Part shown: one piece after another, positions 11,201 to 19,997 of the stretch
How positions within the stretch are numbered: the stretch's first letter is position 1
Layout of the letters: every line of letters begins with the position of its first letter
Assembly: GCA_965218435.1 (NCBI GenBank)
Contig: CBDCKW010000009.1
Coordinates: 224,001-288,000 of the forward strand
Origin: Truepera sp.
GTDB taxonomy: Bacteria > Deinococcota > Deinococci > Deinococcales > Trueperaceae
DNA length: 64,000 nt
Reading direction: 5' to 3'
The notes under the pieces: generated by a model
What the model saw: only the letters and a program-made list of their open reading frames with translations
Told to the model about the DNA's origin: nothing
Databases searched by the model: none
Position numbers and translations under genes: made by a program

Positions 11201-11303
11201 TACACGCCTGCGTGCCGGAATAGTCGAACTCGGCGGCTTGCCCGATGACGATGGGGCCGCTGCCGAGAATTAGGATTTTTTGGAGGTCGTCGCGTTTAGG
11301 CAT
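8205..11303 (-). CDS. carB: Carbamoyl-phosphate synthase large subunit
   Basis: MPKRDD...[20 protein letters not shown], duplicated ATP-grasp domains, [15 protein letters not shown]. Confidence 0.99.
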   Translation of the reverse strand: MPKRDDLQKILILGSGPIVIGQAAEFDYSGTQACKALRAAGFTVTLINSNPATIMTDPEVADRTYLEPLTPEVAEKVIAAERPDALLPTLGGQTALNLAKTLFETGTLEKYGVELIGANYDAINKGEDRQLFQAAMAKIGIKTPAGKMVTSLSEALAFTETIGYPAIIRPSFTLGGTGGGVAYDEAEFREIVKQGLHDSPVHSVLVEQSVLGWKEYELEVMRDHNDTVVIICSIENLDPMGVHTGDSITVAPAQTLSDKEYQRLRDYSIAIIREIGVDTGGSNIQFAVNPKDGDVIVIEMNPRVSRSSALASKATGYPIAKIAALLAVGYHLDELPNDITQETKAAFEPSIDYVVTKIPRFAFEKFPGTTDLLGTQMRSVGEVMAIGRTFKESLQKALRSLESDVRTETGKLGLAELEARLTATPKRLPALLELLRRGKSVRFLHDKTAIDPWFLSQLKEITEVEQEITALGNPKAWNWETWREVKRFGFSDADLATLTGAAVGDVRKWRLEHHSAPVYKTVDTCAAEFEAYTPYHYSTYEWEDEVEDSDRPKVVILGSGPNRIGQGVEFDYATVHAVWALKAAGYETIMVNSNPETVSTDYDTADRLYFEPLTLEDVLNIVDRENPVGVIVQLGGQTPLKLAQPLTDAGVPIWGTPAQAIFEAEDRSSFHELCKRLDIPQPAGGVVARPEDAAKLAADLGYPVMVRPSFVLGGRAMQVVNSETELGHYLNEVYAELPGNPSILVDDFIAGAQEVDVDALADGERVVVAGVMEHIEGAGVHSGDSACITPPVNLSEKVMQTLHDYSVKLAQAIGVRGLINIQYVIKDGEVLVIEANPRASRTVPYLSKAIGHPLAKYAALIAAGKSLTELGFTETPQPAFYSAKEVVLPFLKFKNVLPVLGPEMRSTGESMGIDPDPYMAYAKALLGANVKLPSSGKALVLGDGLDEVKAELRTLEFTVTTESTSEEPEYDLLIDTLHTPELRRALEAGLPYVTTTDAARWLVKALRALKERPLTVHALQDLTVPGLAQTRR

Positions 11304-11428
11304 ACCAAGGATTGACCATAACATGCATAAAAATGTAATGCACTAACATTTAAGCAGTACGTCCAGGGCTTACGCATATGGCTTGCAGCGAGGTTTTTAC
11401 ATCAGAACAAGGTACAGTGTCCAACATC

Positions 11429-11898
11429 GTGGCAACGGTTCACCTCATCTGTGGCTTTCTTGGTGCTGGAAAAACAACCTTCTCCCAAGCTCTCGCGGAG
11501 CAAAGATCAGCTGTGAAGTTCTCAGTTGACGAACTTTATTTACAAATTTTTACGGACGAACCGACGCGGGAGCTAGACGCCCAAGCTTTTGACCGTCTGT
11601 TACTCATGCTCAACGGTGTCTGGCCGCAAATTATAAAAGCAGGGGTGGATGTGGTCCTCGACTTTGGGTTTTGGCGTCGGGCCTTCCGCGATGACATCCG
11701 GGATAGGGCAAGCTTAGTTGGCGCGGAGACAAGGCTCTACTGGCTACAATGCCCTGATGATGTCGCTTTAGCCCGGTGTTTGCAGCGAAATGGTCTACCG
11801 GGACCTTTCTTATCACAGCGCAGGACTATAGAGAGCTTAAAGCAGGGTTCGAGCCGCCAGCTTCTGATGAGGCGAGCGAGACGATCAACACGGGCTAG
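11429..11898 (+). pseudogene. Small P-loop kinase-like protein (AAA_33-type) with an apparent frameshift near 11800
   Basis: CGFLGAGKTT, SVDE, VVLDFGFW; the expected C-terminus TFLITAQDYRELKAGFEPPASDE lies in a different frame ending at TAG 11898. Confidence 0.7.
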
Positions 11899-11983
11899 TT
11901 CCCTGCTTGGATAAAAAGCTCTGGTAATACGTCTTTGCCTAAAAGTTTATTGTGTTGCCGTTTTTGAGTATAATGAGTTTACG

Positions 11984-12526
11984 ATGACAGCCGAAAAACG
12001 TAAACTCACCGTAAAAGACTTTGTGCTGATGGGAGAGACCGGCGTATTTGCGCCGGACGAGCGCGTTGAGCTGTTAGACGGGGAGATTTATACGATGTCG
12101 CCACCGAGTAGTAAACACGCTGCGTGGGTAGACCGCATTATGAAGGCGCTTGAAAGTAGCGTCGGCGACCGCACTATCATACGGGTGCAAAGCCCGGTTG
12201 GGCTTTCCGAACACGATACCCCCGAGCCGGACGTAGCCGTGCTTGCACCCAAGGCGGACTTTTACGAAACCGAACTGCCGGGGGCAAGTGACACCTATCT
12301 AGTCGTTGAGGTAAGTCTAAGCACGCTACGTGAAGACCGCAACCGCAAACTTTCTGTCTACGCTCGTACCGGCGTGCCGGAATACTGGCTTGTTAACCTT
12401 GAAGCGCGGCAGCTCGAGGTCTACCGTGAACCTAAAGATGGATACTACCGGATCAGGATGCTTTTGAGTCTAGATGAAGCCGTCACGCCTAGTGCAATTC
12501 CTAATGCGTCAGAAATCGTCTTCTGA
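11984..12526 (+). CDS. Uma2/DUF820-family PD-(D/E)xK endonuclease-like protein
   Basis: VELLDGEI, PEPDVAV, LVVEVS, YARTGVPEYWLVNL. Confidence 0.93.
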   Translation: MTAEKRKLTVKDFVLMGETGVFAPDERVELLDGEIYTMSPPSSKHAAWVDRIMKALESSVGDRTIIRVQSPVGLSEHDTPEPDVAVLAPKADFYETELPGASDTYLVVEVSLSTLREDRNRKLSVYARTGVPEYWLVNLEARQLEVYREPKDGYYRIRMLLSLDEAVTPSAIPNASEIVF

Positions 12527-12766
12527 ATCGCCTAAATCTTCTTCCCCGTCAAGCTCCAAGACAAACTCTTCATCCCCAACCCGCACTACGTCGCCCTCAT
12601 GCAGTTTGCGTTTGCGCCTTGTTTCAACCTCACCATTCACCGAAACTTGCCCGGACTGGATTAAAAGCTTGGCCTGTCCACCGGTTCCGGCCAGCCCGGA
12701 GAGCTTGAGCGCGTCGTTTAGGGTGATGGCTTCTGCTAAAAAGGTATCTTGCTCTGTCTCTGTCAT
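12509..12766 (-). CDS. S4-domain RNA-binding protein (YaaA/YbcJ-like)
   Basis: ITLNDALKLSGLAGTGGQAK...VNGEVETRRKRKL. Confidence 0.92.
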   Translation of the reverse strand: MTETEQDTFLAEAITLNDALKLSGLAGTGGQAKLLIQSGQVSVNGEVETRRKRKLHEGDVVRVGDEEFVLELDGEEDLGDSEDDF

Positions 12767-12781
12767 GTTGTCCTTCGTTTT

Positions 12782-13684
12782 CTAACTCACTGCTCTTTTT
12801 TGAGAGAGTTCTGCTATCGTCGGCGCTGCGGGGTACGAGCCCAAAAATTTGACGAACGCCGCGCGGCGCATCAGGCCGGTGATAGCTTCTTGGACGTTAT
12901 CGTCATCTAAATGACCTTCGATGTCTAAATAAAAGAGATAGCTCCACGGCTTGTCACGGCGCGGGCGAGACTCGAGCTTGGTCATATTGACGCCGTTTTG
13001 CGGAAAAACTTCTAGGCAGCGCACCAAATCGCCGGGGCGGTGGCGGGTGGCAATTACCAAACTCGATTTATGCAAGCCTTCGCCCCTCGGCGCTTCATCC
13101 GGCCCCAAGACAAAAAAGCGCGTGTAGTTAAAATCCATATCTTCGATGTTTTCAGCTAAGACCGTAAGGCCGTAAATCTCGGCACTCCGTTTTGACGCAA
13201 TCGCAGCGTGCCCCCCGGCAGTTCCTGCTTTGACGCGTTCGCCCAAAAGTTTGGCGGCCCCGGCGGTATCGAAGTCGGTGACGGCTTCAAACCCGCGCCT
13301 CGAGAGGTAGCCCCGGCACTGCTCGAGCGCCTGCGTATGGCTGTAGACGCGCTTGACCTCCCCCAGCGTCGTTCCAGGGGGGGCCAACAGCGTGTGCTCG
13401 ACCCGTACGACCTGTTCGCCGATGACATGCAACACCGAATCCGTCAGCAAGTCGTAGGTCTGATTGATCGAACCCGCTAACGAGTTTTCAACCGGCAAAC
13501 AGGCGTAGTCGCACTCGCCTAACACTGCTGCCTGAAACCCGTCAAAAAAAGTTGGGTAGCCGACGGCCTCCGCTTCCGGTAAAAACTGCAGCGCGGCCTG
13601 CTGACTGAACGCGCCCGCCACACCCTGAAAGGCGATACGCGCGGCCCGATTGTTGTCAAGGGGTAGAGCAGAGCGAGACACCAT
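12782..13684 (-). CDS. pheA: Prephenate dehydratase with ACT domain
   Basis: AFQGVAGAFS, PVENSLAG, NYTRFF, NMTKLESRP. Confidence 0.96.
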   Translation of the reverse strand: MVSRSALPLDNNRAARIAFQGVAGAFSQQAALQFLPEAEAVGYPTFFDGFQAAVLGECDYACLPVENSLAGSINQTYDLLTDSVLHVIGEQVVRVEHTLLAPPGTTLGEVKRVYSHTQALEQCRGYLSRRGFEAVTDFDTAGAAKLLGERVKAGTAGGHAAIASKRSAEIYGLTVLAENIEDMDFNYTRFFVLGPDEAPRGEGLHKSSLVIATRHRPGDLVRCLEVFPQNGVNMTKLESRPRRDKPWSYLFYLDIEGHLDDDNVQEAITGLMRRAAFVKFLGSYPAAPTIAELSQKRAVS

Positions 13685-14197
13685 AACGGCAAACTCTACC
13701 ACTCACACCGGACGTGGCCCGTCAGATGAGGTGCAAAGAGAGCAGTAACTTGGTTAAACACTTGCAAAGAAGCGGTTAAAGATGAAAATAAGAATTGACA
13801 ACGAGAATTGAGGAGAGAGAAGGCAATAGAGAAGTTCTCCATCTTCTACATTTTTTGGCTTACAAACTACCGATTGATTCCGGTACTTCGGTCAAGCGTA
13901 AGCCCAAATCCAGGTTGGGTAGAGCGCCCCTGAGAGCTGCGCGTTACTTCCCCACCGTCACTGCTACGCGCTTCAACCCTACGGTTTGCTAAGCAGCTCG
14001 CAAAGAAGGCCAAACCAACTAGCAGCGTTGCTGCTATAAGAAAGTTGCTCCACCTCGCTTAGGGCGTTATCAACCATGACACGCCCTTTGAGCCTGGTTT
14101 CGCTAAACCTTAACGTAGTAGCTGGGTTCTCAGTTCCGACTTCTTTCTGCGATACGAAACGCCGCGAACGCCCCGACTGACTTTGGAATAGCGGCAC

Positions 14198-15088
14198 TTA
14201 CTTGGGCTGTTTGACAAACACCGGATAACGCCCCCGCTGCTCAAAACCGATAGATTCATAGATGCGCACGAGTTTCGGGTCGCGCTGCGTGACGAGCGTT
14301 TGCAACCGGGCGAAGGGGCTCCGGGCGGCGAGCTCTTGCATACTCGAGAGTAAGAGCCGCTGCAACATCGCTGCCGAGTCGCGGTGCTCAGCCAATACGC
14401 CCGCCGACGTGAGGTAGTACACGCCGTCAATACTGTCTTCTAACACGCCGTAAAACGCGTACCCAACCGGCTCTTGGTCGAGGGTCTGAGAGGCCAGAAA
14501 CCACAAGTTCGGGTGAAAGGGGCCACGCCAGCGTTTGAGCCACGCCCAAAACGCTTCGGACGGCCTAAAGCCCTCACCTTGTTCAAAGACGCTTTGAAAC
14601 TGCTCGTCGCTCTCTTCGCTCCACGCCTCGAGCACCAAAGGTGTACCGAGCGGTGGGAGTTCAGCCAGGTCGAACTCCAAATCAACCGCCTGCCGACCTT
14701 CAAAGCCGAGCGCGGTTAAAACCGGCTCGAGCATCTCGAGGCGGGCCGGTGACACGTTATAGAGCGGGCAGTGAACAGCCTCGTGGTCGAACTTGTCTAA
14801 GAGGTACTCGAGCAAGGTTGTTAGATCGTCAGCGGATTGCTTGAACCAAAGATTGCTTAAAAGTAGGTTCTGGTCGTCTTCTTCAGGCTCCGGGGCCTGC
14901 ACATATGCCCCGGCGAGCGGCACGTCACCCGGCGCAAAGAGGATAAAACAGTTTTCGGCCTCGCTTGCAGGGTCATGAAAGGCGCGCATACTCTGCCGCG
15001 CAAACGCGCGTGGGTCGCTGTGACCTAAAAATTCGTAAGATGAGGCGAGAAACCACTCGAGTTCGTCGGGGGAGGTAGAGCGAATCAC
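14198..15088 (-). CDS. Tandem GNAT-like acetyltransferase
   Basis: GVLAEHR...AML and RIYESIGF motifs; two GNAT-sized halves. Confidence 0.65.
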   Translation of the reverse strand: MIRSTSPDELEWFLASSYEFLGHSDPRAFARQSMRAFHDPASEAENCFILFAPGDVPLAGAYVQAPEPEEDDQNLLLSNLWFKQSADDLTTLLEYLLDKFDHEAVHCPLYNVSPARLEMLEPVLTALGFEGRQAVDLEFDLAELPPLGTPLVLEAWSEESDEQFQSVFEQGEGFRPSEAFWAWLKRWRGPFHPNLWFLASQTLDQEPVGYAFYGVLEDSIDGVYYLTSAGVLAEHRDSAAMLQRLLLSSMQELAARSPFARLQTLVTQRDPKLVRIYESIGFEQRGRYPVFVKQPK

Positions 15089-15241
15089 TGTAGCGCACTT
15101 TACCGCACAGCAGGCCGGTTACAGAAGTGGTTTTACGGAACTCGGCGGCGAGCCTTACGGTAAACTCCGGGGATGGCCGTTTTCCCTGACCTCGACCCTA
15201 TGAAATTAGAAACGTAACTGGACCCAAGTGAGTCAACCGAG

Positions 15242-15745
15242 ATGAGTAAACCGAGAATTATCGGCGGCACCGCGAAGGGCCGCGTGTTAGAGGTACCCAA
15301 AAGCGGCACCCGCCCGAGTCCGAGCCGGATGCGTGAGGCGTTATTTAACATCCTCGGGTTTCGGCCCAGAGGGACCTTTTTAGACCTCTACAGCGGGACG
15401 GGGGCCGTGGGCCTCGAGGCTGCCTCACGCGGCTGGGCGGCAACGTGCGTGGACCTCTCCAAAGAGGCGGCGGGCGTCATCCGTAAAAATGTTCAGGCGC
15501 TTCACCTGGACGTTGGGGTCGTTCAGGGGGACGCGCTCGCTTACACCAAAAAACATCCGGGCGGCTTTGATGTGGTCTTTGCCGCGCCGCCTTATCCGCT
15601 CGAGCTCGAGCATATTTTTGAGACGATTGTCGCCGCTGAGGTTGCCACCTCGCTCTACGTGTTTCAACATCCGGCGGCGCTGACGCTGTTGGGTGAGAGG
15701 CGCATCTACGGGACGAACGCGCTGACGCTGCTCGAGGTTGACTAA
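15242..15745 (+). CDS. rsmD: 16S rRNA m2G966 methyltransferase, RsmD family
   Basis: RIIGGTAKGR, TRP...REALFNIL, LDLYSGTGAVGLEAASRG, APPY. Confidence 0.92.
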   Translation: MSKPRIIGGTAKGRVLEVPKSGTRPSPSRMREALFNILGFRPRGTFLDLYSGTGAVGLEAASRGWAATCVDLSKEAAGVIRKNVQALHLDVGVVQGDALAYTKKHPGGFDVVFAAPPYPLELEHIFETIVAAEVATSLYVFQHPAALTLLGERRIYGTNALTLLEVD

Positions 15746-15862
15746 CCCGTTCCAACTGAACTTGTCTTTAACGTCACTACGCCTTCTTACACTATCTTAT
15801 AGGGCGGTTTCATCGTGAATCTGACATATCCATGAGGCAAGCTGTGACAGACTGGTGCAGAT

Positions 15863-17701
15863 ATGGCTGAGCCGAGCTTTTACGTCGCCCTTCTTATCGC
15901 ACTCGGAGCCGCCGCTCAGTGGCTCGCGTGGCGCGTCAACCTCCCGGCAATCTTGCCGCTGCTACTCATCGGGTTTGTGGTCGGACCCTTGACAGGGCTC
16001 GTGCATCCGCTCGAGTTTATCAGCGAGGACCTGCTCTTTCCGGCGGTCGGGTTAGCCGTCGGGCTGATCCTTTTTGAAGGTGGCCTGACCCTTAAGCTCC
16101 CCGAAGTCCGGGAGGTGCGGCGCGTCGTCCTAAACCTCATCAGCGTCGGGGCGCTGATCACTTGGCTGCTGGTGACGCTGGCGAGCCACCTCTTAATCGG
16201 CCTCCCTTTCTCTATCGCGCTCCTCTTCGGGGCGCTCGTGATCGTTACCGGGCCAACCGTGATCGGGCCGCTGATGCGCAGCGTTCGGGCCGCGCCGCGG
16301 GTCGCCAATATCCTCAAGTGGGAGGGCATCTTAATTGACCCGCTCGGGGCGCTCGTTGCCGTACTGGTTTTTGAGTTTTTGCTGCTGGGCAATAGTGACA
16401 CAGCCGTCGGTCATACCTTATCGTCCCTCATTCTTTTTGTCGTGGTCGGCGCTTTAGTCGGCGGCGTCGGCGGGCTCGCCTTTACCTTTTTGCTCCGCCG
16501 CCGCCTTATCCCCGACTATCTGACGAACCTGGTGGCGTTGGCCCTCGTGTTTAGCGTCTACGCGCTTTCAAACCTCTTGTCCCCAGAATCTGGACTGCTC
16601 GCCACGACCGTGATGGGGATGCTGATGGCGAACCTGCGCGCCCCCAACATCGGTGAGATTTTAACCTTCAAAGAAGACCTGAGCCTGCTCTTTATCTCGC
16701 TGCTCTTTATTGTGCTGGCGGCCAACATCGAGTTGAGTTCGTTTGTCGCTGCGCTCACCTGGCAGAGTCTGGCTCTGGTCGGCGTCATTATGTTTATCGT
16801 GCGGCCCATCAACGTTTTTGTCAGCACGGTAGGCTCGCCCTTGTCGTGGCGTGAAAAGCTCTTTTTGTCGTGGATTGCGCCGCGGGGCATCGTCGCGGCG
16901 TCGGTGACGTCACTTTTTGCCTCACGTTTGACCAGGGCCGATGTCGGCGGCGCTGAGGTGCTCGTCCCACTGGTCTTTATCATTATCGTCGGCAGTGTGA
17001 CCTTAAACAGCTTGACGGCTAAACCGGTGGCGCGACTCTTGGGCGTCGCCGAGCCGGAACCGCAGGGCGTGCTGCTCCTGGGCGCACACACCGTCGCGCG
17101 GCAAATCGCCGACTTTTTGCAAACGGAAGGGTTTACCACCCTGGTCGCTGATACGAACTACGCCAACATCGCAACAGCGCGTCTGGCAGGGCTTAACGCC
17201 TACTACGGCAGTCCGCTTTCGGGCCGCGCCGACGAAGAGATGCGGCTCTCGGGTATCGGCAAGTTGCTGGCGCTGACCTCCAACGATGAGGCGAACGCGC
17301 TGACTGCGATGAAGTTTACCCGCACCTTTGACTCGACGCACGTGTTTCAGCTTAAACCGGGTGAAAGTGACCGCAATACTTTAGACGAAGCGCGTAGGGG
17401 TAGGCTGATTTTTGGTTCGGGGACGACCTTTGACGAACTTATCGAACATTTTCGCAGCGGTGAACTTAAAAAGACGACCTTGACCGAAGCGTTTACCCGC
17501 AAAGACTTTGAAGCGCAGAACGAGGGGTTTATGCCGCTCTTTGTCATCCGCGGTAAAACCCTCGTGGTGGTGTCGGGGGCGTCACTCGAGCTTGCGCTCG
17601 GAGACACCCTCGTCTCGCTCGTCCCGAACAAAGTCGAAACTGCAAAAGATGAAGGTGAGAGGCTCGAGACAGACCTGGGAGCCGTGGCGCTCGGGATTTG
17701 A
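15863..17701 (+). CDS. CPA1/NhaP-type cation:proton antiporter with C-terminal RCK-like domain
   Basis: ILFEGGL, VTGPTVI, WEGILIDP, WIAPRGIVAA, soluble C-terminal region. Confidence 0.93.
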   Translation: MAEPSFYVALLIALGAAAQWLAWRVNLPAILPLLLIGFVVGPLTGLVHPLEFISEDLLFPAVGLAVGLILFEGGLTLKLPEVREVRRVVLNLISVGALITWLLVTLASHLLIGLPFSIALLFGALVIVTGPTVIGPLMRSVRAAPRVANILKWEGILIDPLGALVAVLVFEFLLLGNSDTAVGHTLSSLILFVVVGALVGGVGGLAFTFLLRRRLIPDYLTNLVALALVFSVYALSNLLSPESGLLATTVMGMLMANLRAPNIGEILTFKEDLSLLFISLLFIVLAANIELSSFVAALTWQSLALVGVIMFIVRPINVFVSTVGSPLSWREKLFLSWIAPRGIVAASVTSLFASRLTRADVGGAEVLVPLVFIIIVGSVTLNSLTAKPVARLLGVAEPEPQGVLLLGAHTVARQIADFLQTEGFTTLVADTNYANIATARLAGLNAYYGSPLSGRADEEMRLSGIGKLLALTSNDEANALTAMKFTRTFDSTHVFQLKPGESDRNTLDEARRGRLIFGSGTTFDELIEHFRSGELKKTTLTEAFTRKDFEAQNEGFMPLFVIRGKTLVVVSGASLELALGDTLVSLVPNKVETAKDEGERLETDLGAVALGI

Positions 17702-17775
17702 GGTTTTAACCGAGACGACGGAAAACCCCACAACCTCAGCGTTGCGAGGTTCATTCACGTCAGCGTTTTGTAAGC

Positions 17776-17817
17776 TACTAACTTCTGAATTCTGTCTACT
17801 GAATTCTTATTTTCTTG
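17776..17817. repeat. Degenerate heptamer tandem repeat (STRR-like)
   Basis: TACTAAC TTCTGAA TTCTGTC TACTGAA TTCTTAT TTTCTTG. Confidence 0.5.
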
Positions 17818-17859
17818 CATCCTGCGGCTAACGCTCCCGGCTACGCAGGTCACCAATCC

Positions 17860-18564
17860 CTAATCTGTTGACTCGTCTAAAAACTGTTGCAGCTTCGCCT
17901 TATCCACCGCAATCGGAGCGCGGCGGCGGCGGACTGCGCCGTATTCTAAGAGCCGCGCCAAACAGTGCGAGACCGTCTCACGCGTCGCGCCGATCATCTT
18001 GGATAAGTCTTGTTGCGTCAGATTGAGGTCAATGACCGTGCCGCGGTCGCCCTCTTTACCAAAGTCGTGCGCGAGGCGTAAGAGGAGGTTGGCGAGGCGA
18101 CCGGGCGCGTCGAACGCGCCGACCTCGGCAAAGCGTGTTTGCGCTTGCCAGAGGTTGGTGGACATAACCTGGATAAATTTCATGGCAATTTTGGGCTGCT
18201 GCGTAATCAGGCGCTGAAAATCGTCTTCGGGTAACACGATCAGGGTTGTATCCATCACCGCTTCGGCCTGGTTGGGGCGGCGCTCGGATGGGAGCAGCAG
18301 CAGCTCACCGAAGGCGTCGTATTTGCCGAAGAGCGCCAGAATCATCTCTTTGCCGTTGGGAAAATACATCGAGATTTTGACCATGCCCTCGCGGATAAAG
18401 TAGAGCGCGTCGGCGGGGTCCTCCATGTGATAGATCACGTCGCCGGCTTTGAAACGTTTGTAAGGGGTAATGCGCGAGAGGCTCTCGAGTTCTTCTTCTG
18501 AGAGGTCTTCGAACAGTTGTGTGTTCTTTAAGTGCCAGACTAAACTGGGATACTCTTGCGTCAT
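17860..18564 (-). CDS. Crp/Fnr-family transcriptional regulator
   Basis: cNMP-binding domain (FGEL...RP) and HTH (LTQQDLSKMIGATRETVS). Confidence 0.96.
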   Translation of the reverse strand: MTQEYPSLVWHLKNTQLFEDLSEEELESLSRITPYKRFKAGDVIYHMEDPADALYFIREGMVKISMYFPNGKEMILALFGKYDAFGELLLLPSERRPNQAEAVMDTTLIVLPEDDFQRLITQQPKIAMKFIQVMSTNLWQAQTRFAEVGAFDAPGRLANLLLRLAHDFGKEGDRGTVIDLNLTQQDLSKMIGATRETVSHCLARLLEYGAVRRRRAPIAVDKAKLQQFLDESTD

Positions 18565-18666
18565 GGAAGTAGTGTAGCGCAGTACTTATTCATTTTATTC
18601 ACATTCCTCACGTGACAAATCTTACTCCTTAAACTCAGGTAAAAGAACCTGTTCAACACGTAAAAG

Positions 18667-19017
18667 TTAAGACTCATCTTCAGCCGTGAGCTGTGCGCCA
18701 CACGCGTCCCACTCGTCAAAGCTGCCCGGTTCACGGTAAAAGGGCAACCCGCGCAGGTAACCCGAGCGGGCGATGGCGTAGGCTGACAGCGGCGCGGTCA
18801 AAAAGAAAAACGCAGTGATCAAAACGATCCGCGACACGGCTAAGGGCGTCCCGAAGTCGAGCGCCGCCGCCACAAAGATACCGACGCCACCAAGGGTGAC
18901 GAGCTTGGTCGAGGCGTGCAGGCGGGTATAAAAGTCGGGGAACCGGAGCATCCCGATAGCGGCGGCTAAAACAAAAAAACTGCCGAACAGGAGAAACAGG
19001 TCGGTTATGAGTTTCAT
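18667..19017 (-). CDS. mrpG: Mrp antiporter subunit G
   Basis: GMLRFPDFYTRLHASTK; last gene of the mrp cluster. Confidence 0.95.
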   Translation of the reverse strand: MKLITDLFLLFGSFFVLAAAIGMLRFPDFYTRLHASTKLVTLGGVGIFVAAALDFGTPLAVSRIVLITAFFFLTAPLSAYAIARSGYLRGLPFYREPGSFDEWDACGAQLTAEDES

Positions 19018-19024
19018 ATAAGGT

Positions 19025-19282
19025 TCACTCGAGCACCCGGTGCAAGAGCAGGTAACGGGTCAGCGCAATCGTCGTTAAAAAACCCAAGATAGACACCAGC
19101 AGCGCCACATCGAGAAAACTTTCAAAGCCGGTGCGTATCGCCAGCACCACGATCAGCACCGCCAAGTTGACCGACAAAAAATCGAAGGCGGTAAGCCGGT
19201 CGCCCCACGACGGTCCCCGAATGACGCGGTAAACAGCGACAGCTACCGCGAGCAGCAGACAAACAAGCGCAAGTGTCGTCAT
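19025..19282 (-). CDS. mrpF: Mrp antiporter subunit F
   Basis: RVIRGPSWGDRLTAFD, LDVALLVSILGF. Confidence 0.95.
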   Translation of the reverse strand: MTTLALVCLLLAVAVAVYRVIRGPSWGDRLTAFDFLSVNLAVLIVVLAIRTGFESFLDVALLVSILGFLTTIALTRYLLLHRVLE

Positions 19283-19536
19283 CTAAGCCCCTTTCTTGTC
19301 AGGCAACGGCTATCTAAGTTTGGTCTTCTCGGACGTTTCAGTAACTTACCGGCACGTTTGCGAGAGATGAACACCACGATCATCTCAGCGTGTATGCGCT
19401 GGTCAGTAAAAGTTGCACTGAGAGCCTTTCCGACCAGATGACGGGTGCTCCCCAAGGTGTGCCTGCTACTAAACGCACAAGCAGCGCAGTGACCCCAAGC
19501 ACCCCCCAGCGTTTCATTAACAGCGTAAAGCGTCAC
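19279..19536 (-). CDS. Possible 85-aa ORF bridging mrpE and mrpF, containing a dispersed repeat copy
   Basis: GTGA overlap with the mrpE stop and ATGA overlap with the mrpF start; no recognisable family. Confidence 0.3.
   Translation of the reverse strand: MTLYAVNETLGGAWGHCAACAFSSRHTLGSTRHLVGKALSATFTDQRIHAEMIVVFISRKRAGKLLKRPRRPNLDSRCLTRKGLR
19372..19449 (-). repeat. Dispersed palindromic repeat, copy inside the mrp operon
   Basis: 56/78 ungapped identity (manual count) to 40325-40402. Confidence 0.8.
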
Positions 19537-19997
19537 CGCATAAACCCCAAAATACGCGTCTCCATCCGGGTCACGCTTTCTCTGGCGGCGGCAATATCTT
19601 CGATATTAATCGCGTGCGCGTAGAGCAGTTTGCGGTCAGCCGAGACGCCCATCGCCACGGTTCCGGGCAAGAGCGTAATCGTCGCGCTTAAGAGTGAGAT
19701 GGCAGCGTCGCTCCGCAGACGTAGGGGCACGGCGATAATATGCGGATAAAAGACCGGACGGCGGCGCAGCGCGAGTAGTGCGATCAGAATATTGGCGAGC
19801 AGCAGTTCCCAAAGAAACGCCCCTAAATAACGTACAAACGCACCCAAACGCCGCGCAAATGATTCACCGCCACCACGTAAGACGCTAAGGAGCAGTACGG
19901 CGAGCGCGCCGCCGACGAGCAGATTAAACGCAGTCAGCTCACCGACTAAGATCGGCCAGAGCAGCGCAAAAAGAAACAGGGTAAAAACTTGGCTCAC
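19533..19997 (-). CDS. mrpE: Mrp antiporter subunit E
   Basis: ITLLPGT, LYAHAI; GTG start overlaps the mrpD stop. Confidence 0.93.
   Translation of the reverse strand: MSQVFTLFLFALLWPILVGELTAFNLLVGGALAVLLLSVLRGGGESFARRLGAFVRYLGAFLWELLLANILIALLALRRRPVFYPHIIAVPLRLRSDAAISLLSATITLLPGTVAMGVSADRKLLYAHAINIEDIAAARESVTRMETRILGFMR

Noticed and set aside
13703..14197. ORFs or an RNA element between pheA and the GNAT gene
   Set aside because: A TTGACA and small hairpins are present, but no coherent gene, T-box or riboswitch could be supported
15916..17754. Long antisense ORFs over the antiporter gene, and similar ones over mrp, sdh and the M16 genes
   Set aside because: Shadow frames of GC-rich coding sequence with no independent motifs
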